Of a DNA stretch of 33,480 nucleotides, positions 17,359 to 26,279 are shown piece after piece. The stretch comes from a virus. Lineage: Duplodnaviria; Caudoviricetes. Under the pieces are notes generated by a model. That model ran no database searches, was not told where the DNA came from, and worked only from the letters and a program-made list of their open reading frames with translations. Each line of letters begins with the position of its first letter. Within the stretch, counting starts at the first letter, position 1. The stretch covers positions 1-33,480 of the IMG/VR virus record IMGVR_UViG_3300025572_000020. The stretch is one strand, 5' to 3'. The position numbers and the translations under genes were made by a program.

Positions 17359-17759
17359 GCGAACACAAGGTAGAAGGCTGCCAAGGTCGGTGGATCGACG
17401 CGGGGACCCTCCACGATCCTCTTAAGCAGCTGTGCAGTGCATGCCGGGCGAGCCGGCAGAAACCGACCGACGGCGGTCAGGTTGTCGAGGTACTCGATGC
17501 GGCGTCGCACCGGCGCATCGACGGGCTGACGCGTCTCAAGCAGGACCTCGAGAGCGACGCGCTGGCCGAGGACAGCGTCCGCCGAGAGTTCGGGCTCCCG
17601 CCTGACTTCGACTTCGTCGAGGCGGAGCTGCGCACGATAGCGTGGCTTCACGAGCAGCGACATAAGGGACGACGCGTCGAGCGCCTGATGTTCTTCGCGC
17701 TCGGGCTGGCGTGCGGCGTGATGCTCGGCGTGTTGCTGATGCAGGTCGGGGCCCTCTGA
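17355..17759 (+). CDS. Hypothetical protein with a CxxC motif and C-terminal transmembrane anchor (134 aa)
   Basis: ATG 17355 with SD GGAG. LCSAC motif and C-terminal LMFFALGLACGVMLGVLLM. Confidence 0.7.
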   Translation: MSEHKVEGCQGRWIDAGTLHDPLKQLCSACRASRQKPTDGGQVVEVLDAASHRRIDGLTRLKQDLESDALAEDSVRREFGLPPDFDFVEAELRTIAWLHEQRHKGRRVERLMFFALGLACGVMLGVLLMQVGAL

Positions 17760-17773
17760 CCCGAGGGCCCCGA
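17746..17773. terminator. Hairpin at the convergence of early (+) and late (-) transcription
   Basis: Perfect 11-bp inverted repeat TCGGGGCCCTC / GAGGGCCCCGA between converging genes. No U-tract. Confidence 0.55.
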
Positions 17774-17780
17774 GGGGCGT

Positions 17781-17969
17781 TCAGCCCAGCGAATCGATCT
17801 TTGCTTGAAGATCGGACAACGAGGTGTCGGCACGCACCGAGAAGGTACTGACTTCCTCGTCGGTGAGATCGTCCCTGCCCGCATCGCGGGCCGACTTGTA
17901 CGCCATCGCCAGAGCGTTGAGCTCTCGGGTCAGCACGATCATGAGCGCCAGCGCTTCGCTCGTCTTCAT
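17781..17969 (-). CDS. Small helical protein at the end of the lysis cassette (62 aa)
   Basis: ATGA overlap with the upstream gene, SD GGAGGAG. Confidence 0.7.
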   Translation of the reverse strand: MKTSEALALMIVLTRELNALAMAYKSARDAGRDDLTDEEVSTFSVRADTSLSDLQAKIDSLG

Positions 17970-18595
17970 GGGTTCTCCTCCAGGTATCTCTGAAGCGCCT
18001 CCAGAACACGCAACGTCGAGACCAGGCGCTCCTCGGCGGCCTCGAAGTTCACACCTCTCAGGCTCCGGGCGACGTCCAGGGCCTCCTTCGCCGCCTGCGC
18101 CTGATCCTTCAGGTTCTGGGCGTCCGCCCTGGCGGCCGCGATCAGGGCGCGCCTGCGCTCCGGATCTGGTTCGTTCTGGGCGGCCCGCACCTTGCTATCC
18201 AGGACGATCCCGGCGCCCTCAGAGATGGCCGCGACCAGCGAGTAGCCTGCCGCCAGCCGGTCGTTGAAGCCGCCGGAGGTCTGGAATCCCAGCTGGGCGC
18301 ACCCCGGAAGGGCCGCCAGAGCTACGGAGAGCGCCAGGATCAGCGCCAGCATGGGGGCCCGTATGTAACCCCCCTCGTAGTCAGGTCCTCCGGAATCCTC
18401 CGGCGGCGCCTGGAACGTGTTCAGGAACCCGCACACCACCGTGCCCAGGCCCACGACCACCATGAGCCACGCGTACGCCGCCTCCGGCAGGAGCGCCTTG
18501 AGCTGCGGGTCGGTCTGCAGGAATCCCAGCACCACGGTCGCGAGACCGAGCGCCTTCGTCTTGTGGCGATTCAACGCCGAGTCTTTCAGGTTCAT
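17966..18595 (-). CDS. Holin-like two-TM N-terminus fused to a lipobox-containing helical domain (holin/spanin-like)
   Basis: SD GAGGGAG, ATG 18595, 209 aa. TMs ALGLATVVLGFL and AYAWLMVVVGLGTVVCGFL, then MLALILALSVALAALPGC and an Ala-rich helical region. Confidence 0.65.
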   Translation of the reverse strand: MNLKDSALNRHKTKALGLATVVLGFLQTDPQLKALLPEAAYAWLMVVVGLGTVVCGFLNTFQAPPEDSGGPDYEGGYIRAPMLALILALSVALAALPGCAQLGFQTSGGFNDRLAAGYSLVAAISEGAGIVLDSKVRAAQNEPDPERRRALIAAARADAQNLKDQAQAAKEALDVARSLRGVNFEAAEERLVSTLRVLEALQRYLEENP

Positions 18596-18621
18596 GTTCA
18601 CTCCCTCTGCTTTGGGGCCGA

Positions 18622-19239
18622 TCACTCTATTTCGTCGAGAACGGGCGCTCGCGGCGTCTTGATGCCGATCGACTGCGACCACTCGACCGGGGCGCGCATC
18701 GTCTTGCTGACGACGTTCGACATCGTCGACTCGGCGCCTTGGGTCGTGTACGCCGTGACGCCGAAGTACCAGGTTCCCGGCGTCAGGTTCTCGACCGTGT
18801 ACGTGGTGACGCTCGGGTCGGATACCTGCGCCGTGTTCGAGAGCTGATCGTCGGCGACGCCCCAGTGGACGCGGTATCCGGCGAGATTCAGCAACGGACT
18901 GCCGTCGGTGTTCTGCGTCGGAGGCGTCCACATCAGCGTCGCCTGCGTATCGCCCGGAAACGTGCACACCAACATGAAGTTTCGAGGTTGCGTCGTCGGA
19001 CGAGGCGAGAGGACCTCCGTGCCGGCCGCAGGCTTGTTTCCCGACCATTCGTCGTCGCCCGACGCGACGCACGAGGTCGCCGCCGGAGTCGTGCTCCACG
19101 ATAGCGTCGGCGTGAGCGTGCCGTCGTTGTTGACCGTCGTCGTGAGGTTGAATTCGCCCGTCGGCGCCTGTTGTGAATACGCTGGAACGCACGCGAGAGC
19201 TGCGACCAGGACCAGAGATGCGATGACTGACTTCTTCAT
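18622..19239 (-). CDS. Secreted fibronectin type III / beta-sandwich protein
   Basis: Sec signal MKKSVIASLVLVAALACVPAYS. FN3 pattern ATLMWTPP...LAGYRVHWG...YTVENLTPGTWYFGVTAY...ES..SN. Confidence 0.85.
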   Translation of the reverse strand: MKKSVIASLVLVAALACVPAYSQQAPTGEFNLTTTVNNDGTLTPTLSWSTTPAATSCVASGDDEWSGNKPAAGTEVLSPRPTTQPRNFMLVCTFPGDTQATLMWTPPTQNTDGSPLLNLAGYRVHWGVADDQLSNTAQVSDPSVTTYTVENLTPGTWYFGVTAYTTQGAESTMSNVVSKTMRAPVEWSQSIGIKTPRAPVLDEIE

Positions 19240-19664
19240 GGGTCCACCAGTTCGATGTGCGGAGCGTCGAGGAACGACTCACTGGGATCGCGATCGACGC
19301 TCCTGAAGTCGCCGTCCCAGTCAAGGCCGAATCGTAATCGGATGTTATGACGATGGGCGATGGCCTGTATGACGCCCATGAGGCGACCGAACGCGATCAG
19401 ATCGTTCCAGTCGATCTTCATCTTTCCGGCGTCGTAGTACACGGGGGCGACGTCCACGGCCCGCGACGGGTACTGGTTGTGCTTGCCGTTGGGCCATCGA
19501 AGCTGCGTCGCGCCCTTGGCGAACGCGGCGTCCTGTCCTGCCTTGTCGCGATGGCCCTCGATGATCGTGAAGTCGACGATCTCGATCGCTTCGTTGCAGA
19601 TCAGCTGCAGGCGAGAGTCGCAGGTGGCGAGGCGTTGCTTCGACGTTTCGCTGAACCTTGGCAT
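19236..19664 (-). CDS. Endolysin, M15 family L-Ala-D-Glu peptidase
   Basis: FSETSKQRL, IIEGHR...Q, KHN...AVDV, DWDGD, DAPHIEL motifs. Confidence 0.9.
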   Translation of the reverse strand: MPRFSETSKQRLATCDSRLQLICNEAIEIVDFTIIEGHRDKAGQDAAFAKGATQLRWPNGKHNQYPSRAVDVAPVYYDAGKMKIDWNDLIAFGRLMGVIQAIAHRHNIRLRFGLDWDGDFRSVDRDPSESFLDAPHIELVDP

Positions 19665-20146
19665 CAGTATGTCGCTTCGGCAATGTCAGGGTTAGCACGT
19701 AAGAAAGCGTTGAGGCGAGATTCTACCCTACTGCGCTCGATCTTCAGGTCGTTGAGCCTCTCGTCGTAGATCCGGTCAGCCCTGATCCCGGCCGCGGTGA
19801 GCTCCTTCAATCTCGCCTCGACGGCGAAGATTTCTTGGTTCAGTCGGCGAAGCTCGGTCTCGTATGCCGTACGCGTCTGCACCTTCTGGCCTCGGGCGAC
19901 CTGACTCTGTATCGTCTCGATCTTCGCGTTCAATTCAGCGATCTGAGTCGAGAGTTCGCGCTTCACCTGCTCGATGCTCTCCGCCCTGGCGAAGCCGGTC
20001 AGACCCAGGGACGCGAGCCAGCCGCACGCCCAGACGATGTGCACGAGGAAGATGCATCTGAAGAAAATGCGGGTGAACGCCGCTCGCTGATTCTGCGGGA
20101 TGTCGCCGATAAAGATGTCGATGAGCTTATTGAGCATCTGACTCAT
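19664..20146 (-). CDS. Membrane-anchored coiled-coil protein upstream of the endolysin (holin/antiholin candidate)
   Basis: One hydrophobic segment IFFRCIFLVHIVWACGWLASLGL followed by long heptad-like helices. Confidence 0.65.
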   Translation of the reverse strand: MSQMLNKLIDIFIGDIPQNQRAAFTRIFFRCIFLVHIVWACGWLASLGLTGFARAESIEQVKRELSTQIAELNAKIETIQSQVARGQKVQTRTAYETELRRLNQEIFAVEARLKELTAAGIRADRIYDERLNDLKIERSRVESRLNAFLRANPDIAEATY

Positions 20147-20195
20147 ACCTCAGACAGATGGACGAACCGCGATGTGTACGCTCACGCGTGGAGGC

Positions 20196-21071
20196 CTACG
20201 GTGTCACGTAGCGCACGATAACTATACCGGAGCCGCCGTTGCCACCCTTCTGGCCCGTACTAGTCTGCGTGCCGCTGCCGCCACCGGAACCTCCTCCTCC
20301 GCCGCCCGTGTTGGCTTGCCCATCAGCGCCGCGTTCGAAGTTCTGCGCGCCGCCCGCGCCGCCGCCATCACTTGCCGTGCCGGGCGCGCCGCCGGTGTAC
20401 GCCCCGCCCCCACCGCCGCCGCCGACGCTGACGGGGGCCCCAAAGGCGACGGCGTCACCCCAACCGAGGCTCTCCAGCGTGACGCCAGGGCCGCCATTGC
20501 CCCCTGAGGTGTTGTCGGGCACGTTGCCACCGACGCCACCAGCGCCACCCCCGCCACCTCCGCCGCTCGAGGTGGCGCTGAAGTTCGCGCTGCCTCCAGC
20601 GTGGCCTTGCCCGGCGACACCCGAACCGGGCGAGTTGGAGCGGAAGCCGGCGCCGCCGCCGCTGCCGCCGTCAGCACCGTCACTCGTGCCGGTGTCCAAG
20701 GCTGGCCCGCCGCCACCGCCACCCTTGGCCGTAATGCTGCCGAAGCTGCTGTCCTCGCCGTTGCGACCGCGATGGCCGTCCGGCACTTGTGGATTGGTGA
20801 CGAGGCCGCCGAGGCCGCCCGCGCCGACCGTCACAGTCACATTGCCCATGACCGCCACCCCGTAGGCGATGACGAGACCACCAGCGCCACCGCCGCCGCG
20901 TCCGACGATGTTAGATGCCCCGTAGATCGTGGCGCCACCGCCACCGCCACCGCCAACTAGCAGAACATCCACACTGGTGACGCCAGCTGGCACGTTGAAT
21001 GTGCCACTGCTGGTGAACACTTCGTAGGTGTATGCGGGAGTCGCGCCGCCGGCCACGATTCCCGGGATCAT
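20196..21071 (-). CDS. Glycine-rich tail fibre/receptor-binding protein
   Basis: VFTSSGTF.VP.GVT.VDVLLVGGGGGG, many GGGGG runs, ANTGGGGGG...GGSGIVIVRY terminus. Confidence 0.8.
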   Translation of the reverse strand: MIPGIVAGGATPAYTYEVFTSSGTFNVPAGVTSVDVLLVGGGGGGGATIYGASNIVGRGGGGAGGLVIAYGVAVMGNVTVTVGAGGLGGLVTNPQVPDGHRGRNGEDSSFGSITAKGGGGGGPALDTGTSDGADGGSGGGAGFRSNSPGSGVAGQGHAGGSANFSATSSGGGGGGGAGGVGGNVPDNTSGGNGGPGVTLESLGWGDAVAFGAPVSVGGGGGGGAYTGGAPGTASDGGGAGGAQNFERGADGQANTGGGGGGSGGGSGTQTSTGQKGGNGGSGIVIVRYVTP

Positions 21072-21943
21072 GACGCAGGCACCGTAACGCCAAACAGATC
21101 AGCCTCGTCCGCGGCGACGATTTTCACGGTGAACGTGCCGCCCGGAGGGATCACCAACGTGCCTCTGGCGGGCGGGTTAATCGTGAACCCGGCGCCGGCC
21201 GTGATGGTGAGCGTGCCCGACCCGGCGTAGCGCCCGTGGTACTCCGCGCCGATCACCCAGGGCTCGCTGCCCGAGAAGTGAAACTCGGCGGCTGCGTGCG
21301 TGAACCGCATGTAATTGCCGAAGACTCCCGCGAGCGCGTTGGTGAACTGATCGGGGACGTCGATCACGGGGGCGTACTGGGGAACGCTGTTGAGCGTCAC
21401 GACGCCGGGCGATACCGGCACGATCTGCAGTCCGTCGCCCACCAGGAGCGTGTGCACGTTCCCCGCGCTCACCGTGGGCGACGAATCCGTATCCTGCACC
21501 GTCAGGAGGCCCGTCAATGCCTCCCAGACGGCGTTGCGTCGAACGTATCGCTGCCCGTCGGCCGGCGCGTCGCCCAACCCCGCCGCCAGGACCCACGATC
21601 CCGGCGAGCCGGGGACAAACTTGTAGAGACCGCCGTCGGAGAGATTCAGGCAGAAGAAAACGTTGACGCCCGGCTCGAAGAACTGCCAAAAGTTGCCCTT
21701 ATCGACGAACCTCGCGAGCTGGAGTTCGTGCCCGGCCCAGGCGCCCGTCGCGACGCCGCCCTCCCCGGCGACGATGTACTGCTCGCCGTCGTTGGCAGTC
21801 GCGGGAGGCTCGGTCAGGCTGATCGACGTGACGGCGCACTGCGTCAGCGCGTCGAGAAAGTTCAGCGCCAAATTGAGACCCGCGGCGGGATCCAACGTGC
21901 CCTCCGGCACGAACGGGAGTCCGATCCTCGGTGTGTTGCTCAT
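21068..21943 (-). CDS. DUF2793-domain tail fibre/adaptor protein
   Basis: TPRIGLPF, LNLALNFLD, PPATANDGEQYIV..ATGAWAGH, DAPADGQRYVRRNAVW motifs. Confidence 0.85.
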   Translation of the reverse strand: MSNTPRIGLPFVPEGTLDPAAGLNLALNFLDALTQCAVTSISLTEPPATANDGEQYIVAGEGGVATGAWAGHELQLARFVDKGNFWQFFEPGVNVFFCLNLSDGGLYKFVPGSPGSWVLAAGLGDAPADGQRYVRRNAVWEALTGLLTVQDTDSSPTVSAGNVHTLLVGDGLQIVPVSPGVVTLNSVPQYAPVIDVPDQFTNALAGVFGNYMRFTHAAAEFHFSGSEPWVIGAEYHGRYAGSGTLTITAGAGFTINPPARGTLVIPPGGTFTVKIVAADEADLFGVTVPAS

Positions 21944-23646
21944 GCGATTGTGACCTCCGCCGCCGGGCCCTCGCCCGTCAGATCGTTCAGCTGATAGACT
22001 CGAATGTTGATGGGCGAGCTCAGACTCGAGACGTCCTGCGTCAGCGACTGCGCTTGGGTATCGATTTCGAGCTCCGTGTCGCCATCATCGAAGACGACGC
22101 GGTACCCGGCAAACCTCGAACCGTGCGCTACGGCTGCCCCTCCGCCCAGTCGACCCACGCCCTGCCACGTGACGAGCACGTTGTTCGCGTCGACTCGTCG
22201 CGCCGACAGGTATCCTACCCGGCGTTCGACCTGGGTGTTACCTCGAAAGACGAGACTCACGACCGTGCCCGTTTCGGGCGACGTTCCGAAGCTCGTCGCG
22301 CGGAACGTCAGCGTGCGCCCGATGTCGGTGATGCTCCCCACCTGGAAGCTGATGAACCCGCGCTCGAGGAGCACGAATCGCTCCCCCGGCGCGTGCGCTC
22401 TCGGCTCGGTGCCCTTCCGGCCGCGCAGCAGATGGCCGATCGTCCACTCGCCCTCCGTCGTCTCCTCCGCGTCGCCGAAGTTGATCAGCTCGAACCCGTC
22501 CTCGAGAGTCCCCACGGCCGCCAGGTTCTCGCGGTTGAGCAGACCGGTGAGCGTAGTGTCGAAGAGCTCCGCGTTGGGCGTATCGATCCGAACGCTGCAC
22601 GTGTTGTGCGTGTCAGGGAACTCAGCCGGGTGATCGCCCAACGGCGTGATCAGCTCGCCCATGACGGCGCTGATCCGACTCTCGCCCGACTCCACGTAGT
22701 TCTGACCCCCGTCGTAGCTGAGCTCGATCAGGCACCCGTTCCACGCCGGGAAGATGCCCGACACGGCGATATAAATGCCGATGCCGAGGTTATCGTCGGC
22801 GTCTCGCATCAGCTGAATGTCGAGCGGCGCGATGAGCGTCGGGCCTACGATGCTCGAAGGCGGCGGCGTCTGGGGCGCAGGCGGGATCCCCTCGATGTTT
22901 AGGTTCGTGAGCGAATACGCGCTCTGCCTGTCGCGCAGACACGTGTACTCCTGATACCCGTCGAACACGTCGACCCGTACGATGCGCACCCGCTCGGTCC
23001 GGCCCTGCCACTGCACAAAGATAATGTCGGCCGGAGTCAATCGGATGTACTTGTCCGGAAGGGAGAACTTCAGCTCCCCCTTCTGATTCTCGATCATCAC
23101 CTTGTGGTTGATGTGAACGACCATCGCCGCTTCGTCGGCCGTCATGAGCACAGCCGTTTGAAGCGAGACCTCGCCCGTGGCGCGCCGGTCGCCCGATCGC
23201 TCGCTGGTCTGCTTTTCCGGAGCGATGCCGCCGTGGACGTCATGGTAGTTCAGATGCAGCACTCGCGGGATCTGAATCGAGTCGGCGCGCTTCGTCTGCT
23301 CGATGTCCTGATCGTCGTCGAGCATTTCGTCCTCTGTTACCGTCAGCACCGCATTCTTGCCGCGAGTCACGAAGTGGAGCTGACCGTCGTAGTTGGCCGG
23401 GTCGAAGAAGTAGATCTGCGCCAGAGCGCGCAGCGCCTCCGACGCAGGGTACTGGTTCGTCACCGCGAATCCTCGCACCGGGAGCTCGCACAGATCGCCC
23501 ACGTCAACGTGCCGCGGGTCGAGCCCGGCGCGGATGCAGATCTCCATCACGACGCCGGCGAGGGAGTAGACGCACGACGGCCCGGCCTCGGGCGTGTTGG
23601 CGCCCGCGTAGATCTCTCGTGCGAGTGCGTCCTTCAGCTCAGCCAT
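21940..23646 (-). CDS. Central tail/host-specificity protein, C-terminal part (GTA megatron / Phage-tail_3-like)
   Basis: EICIRAGL, FFDP..DGQLHF..RG, GFELINF, LLRGRKGTE..AH.PGERFVLL motifs. Confidence 0.85.
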   Translation of the reverse strand: MAELKDALAREIYAGANTPEAGPSCVYSLAGVVMEICIRAGLDPRHVDVGDLCELPVRGFAVTNQYPASEALRALAQIYFFDPANYDGQLHFVTRGKNAVLTVTEDEMLDDDQDIEQTKRADSIQIPRVLHLNYHDVHGGIAPEKQTSERSGDRRATGEVSLQTAVLMTADEAAMVVHINHKVMIENQKGELKFSLPDKYIRLTPADIIFVQWQGRTERVRIVRVDVFDGYQEYTCLRDRQSAYSLTNLNIEGIPPAPQTPPPSSIVGPTLIAPLDIQLMRDADDNLGIGIYIAVSGIFPAWNGCLIELSYDGGQNYVESGESRISAVMGELITPLGDHPAEFPDTHNTCSVRIDTPNAELFDTTLTGLLNRENLAAVGTLEDGFELINFGDAEETTEGEWTIGHLLRGRKGTEPRAHAPGERFVLLERGFISFQVGSITDIGRTLTFRATSFGTSPETGTVVSLVFRGNTQVERRVGYLSARRVDANNVLVTWQGVGRLGGGAAVAHGSRFAGYRVVFDDGDTELEIDTQAQSLTQDVSSLSSPINIRVYQLNDLTGEGPAAEVTIA

Positions 23647-23649
23647 GTT

Positions 23650-24237
23650 TTACACCGATGCAGTCGAGAGTTGAAACTGCATGCGCCACACTCGGTTCAT
23701 GCCTATCTGGATTAAACCGGCCGGGCCTACGCCGTCGAGCAGATCGTATTCGACCGTATAGCGATCTCTCTGCGCCCTAAAGTACAGATGACCGCCACGA
23801 ACATAAGCAAGAATGATGTCAGATACGTCGATCTGTGAGTCGCGGTTATCGTCAAGGGCGCAGCGCGGCGTGATCGAGCCTGCGGGCAGATCAAGCGTCG
23901 TGAAGCCCGGGATCGTCGAATCGAACCAATAAAAGTGCGATGAGCCTGAGGCGAGCTGATAGGCGATCGCGACTCTCATGTTCTGATCAAACGTGAAATC
24001 AAAGTTCACAACATCAGCGATCGTCAGCACTGTCTGCGGCGCAACGCCGTCTGCAGACAGGACGATGCTCCCATCGAGATATTCTCCTCGCCATACGCGC
24101 ACGCGCAATCCCTGCGAGGGATCGTTCAGAGCGACGCCTCCGTACTCATACGAGACAAGAGGCTGCCTCGGAATGTTTCGTGGAAAACGAAACTGCGCCG
24201 GGAAGAACTCTGTTGATAGTACGTGATCAGGTAGCAT
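23650..24237 (-). CDS. Tail-tip accessory protein
   Basis: ATG 24237 (MLPDHVLS). YEYGGVALNDPSQGL, FDQNMR, DIILAY...RAQRDRY motifs as recalled from proteobacterial siphophage tail genes. Confidence 0.7.
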   Translation of the reverse strand: MLPDHVLSTEFFPAQFRFPRNIPRQPLVSYEYGGVALNDPSQGLRVRVWRGEYLDGSIVLSADGVAPQTVLTIADVVNFDFTFDQNMRVAIAYQLASGSSHFYWFDSTIPGFTTLDLPAGSITPRCALDDNRDSQIDVSDIILAYVRGGHLYFRAQRDRYTVEYDLLDGVGPAGLIQIGMNRVWRMQFQLSTASV

Positions 24238-24239
24238 GA

Positions 24240-25295
24240 TCAAATCGCTCGACGCGCCCACGACTGACGGAAATTCAGAGTCAAGATGTGCGAATTTGTT
24301 TTCGCAATCACCGGGTTCAGAGAGAACTGATACGCTGCGCACGCGCTGCCACCGCTACCTGGGAGGGTGCGTCCATATCCGGCTGCCACACGAACTGCCG
24401 CTATACCACCAGCCGCGTTTCCCTCGTTCAGGCCCCAGACGCCGAAAAAATCTTGAAAGAAAGTGCCGTTGATATACGCAGCGTTGCCCGACGACGTTCC
24501 GCTGCTGAGACCTGTACCGCTCGGAGAACCCGTAATCGGGCCGAGCACACTCGTCGACGGATACACCTGATGGTGGCCACTGTTGGCAAAACCGAAGGTA
24601 CCCGGGTGCCCCATGCGAACGTTCCAGTCAATACTGCCACTACCCGGCCGCCAGAGATTACTGGTGCCATCCATCTCGGCGGGTCTCAGCACGATGTCAT
24701 GACTCTGGCCGGAAATCAGGATCGACGTGTTGACATCCGACGTGTCGCCGGGGTAGAAGCGCACTCGATAGGTCACGTCCAAAAACTCATCCGCCAAAAC
24801 GGTGAGCGTTGTCGGATTGCCGCTGCCATCGAGAATCAGCGCACGACTGTACGTCGTATAGGGACTGCTGGAACGCGTCGCTCCCACTTCCGTCAGGTTG
24901 CCTTGCGCGACGCCCTGCGCAAAGCGCAGCGTCTTCTCGACCCAACGATAGAAGTCGGGATCTCCTGGCGAGCCGCTCTGACCTTCCTGAGAGGACTGAA
25001 CGGTAGTCGTAGTCGCGACTCGCGCCGCCAGCGTCGTATCGGTATAAGCGGGAGGCGTGTTTCCCGTGCCTACGGAGATCGCGTTGAAGGTTGTCGTACC
25101 GCTATGCGCATCGTTGAGCCCGACATTCGTAATCAGGTTATGAAAGAAGCCGGTATCAACACGGCATTGACCATTCGGTCGAATAGCCCGAAGTCGAAAC
25201 TCCGCAGCGAGACCGACCTTCATTGTGAGCGGATCACGAGGTTCGAGAATTTTCGCTTTCGGAATCCAGAGATGCGGTGTCTGTCGAATGCTCAT
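24240..25295 (-). CDS. Ser/Thr/Gly-rich virion structural (tail) protein
   Basis: FHNLITNVGLN, VGTGNTPP..TDTTL, GNLTEVG, SRALILD..GNPTTLTVLADEFLDVTY, C-terminal SWAR. Confidence 0.75.
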   Translation of the reverse strand: MSIRQTPHLWIPKAKILEPRDPLTMKVGLAAEFRLRAIRPNGQCRVDTGFFHNLITNVGLNDAHSGTTTFNAISVGTGNTPPAYTDTTLAARVATTTTVQSSQEGQSGSPGDPDFYRWVEKTLRFAQGVAQGNLTEVGATRSSSPYTTYSRALILDGSGNPTTLTVLADEFLDVTYRVRFYPGDTSDVNTSILISGQSHDIVLRPAEMDGTSNLWRPGSGSIDWNVRMGHPGTFGFANSGHHQVYPSTSVLGPITGSPSGTGLSSGTSSGNAAYINGTFFQDFFGVWGLNEGNAAGGIAAVRVAAGYGRTLPGSGGSACAAYQFSLNPVIAKTNSHILTLNFRQSWARRAI

Positions 25296-26278
25296 TCAAG
25301 TGTGCCTCCCAATACTGCGAAACCCAGATCCAGAGCGTCGTCTGGATTAGTGTACGTGATCAGCGCCGTATCCAGCGTGCCGTCAATCACTGCAAAGTCT
25401 AACTCAAGCGCATCGTTCTCCATCGTATATGCGACCAGAGGCGTCACGAGCGTGCCGTCAATGACAGAGAACGAGATGTCGACGGCATCATCGCCTATCA
25501 CATAGCTAGCGACCGGCTCAACAAGCGATCCGCCGAGTACGGCAAAGCTCAGATCGATGTCGTCGCTCGGCGGCGTCCACACAGACGGGTCTAGCACATC
25601 AAAGGACAATGAAACTGCATCTTCTGATTCGATCGGATATGGGCGCGACGTGACGAAGAATCCCTCGCATCGCTCGACCTGAAACATGTACTGCGGGATC
25701 GCGCCTCGCAGGTCAGTGAGTTCCTCGTCTTCCATGACCATGTACGCCGTGCCGCGGTGCGCCGGCGTCGTGCCGACCCCGAAGATCTTCTCGAGAGCGG
25801 GCGACGGGTTCTGGTCCCACGTCCCCAGGAAGAAGCGGGCGTGCTTCAGGAACTCCGCGTTCTCCTCTTGCGTCAGCAGAGGGAACTCGCTCGCGTCGTA
25901 TACGAGCGTGTTATTGCGCCAGACCCGAACGAATCGCGTGATCGGTCCCTCGCACACGCCGATCGCATACGTGCGATAGACGTGCTCGGTCTCCACCTTC
26001 GGACCGCCCTTGCCCTGACGTTTCCGCTTGCGTACGATCTTCGGTTCGCTGCTCGCGATGATGTTGCCCGCCATCGGCGGCGAAAGCGCCCACACGATCG
26101 GACGAGGCATGCCCTCCATGCTCGTCTGCTTCGCGATATCGCCGATGCTCGGTCCCTTGATGACCTGAGGATCGATCGCGCCGCCGATCGCCGAACCGAT
26201 CGCGTAGCCGAGCTGCGGAAAGCCGAAAAATCCGCCAACGACTGCGCCTGCTGCGCCGAGAATTTCTGACGTCGACAC
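25292..26278 (-). CDS. Central tail/host-specificity protein, N-terminal part, with acidic C-terminal repeats
   Basis: GTG start. GAAGAVVGG..GYAIGSAIGG, AIGVCEGPI, PAHRGTAY, IPQYMFQV, then TSRPYP and repeats of D-x-[VIL]-x-[LI]-x-F-x-V-[LI]. Confidence 0.8.
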   Translation of the reverse strand: MSTSEILGAAGAVVGGFFGFPQLGYAIGSAIGGAIDPQVIKGPSIGDIAKQTSMEGMPRPIVWALSPPMAGNIIASSEPKIVRKRKRQGKGGPKVETEHVYRTYAIGVCEGPITRFVRVWRNNTLVYDASEFPLLTQEENAEFLKHARFFLGTWDQNPSPALEKIFGVGTTPAHRGTAYMVMEDEELTDLRGAIPQYMFQVERCEGFFVTSRPYPIESEDAVSLSFDVLDPSVWTPPSDDIDLSFAVLGGSLVEPVASYVIGDDAVDISFSVIDGTLVTPLVAYTMENDALELDFAVIDGTLDTALITYTNPDDALDLGFAVLGGTLE

Positions 26279-26279
26279 C

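Noticed and set aside
20230-20960. CCG/CCA-rich low-complexity tract and Pro-rich plus-strand ORF 20239-20865
   Set aside because: Reverse complement of the Gly codons of the tail fibre gene.
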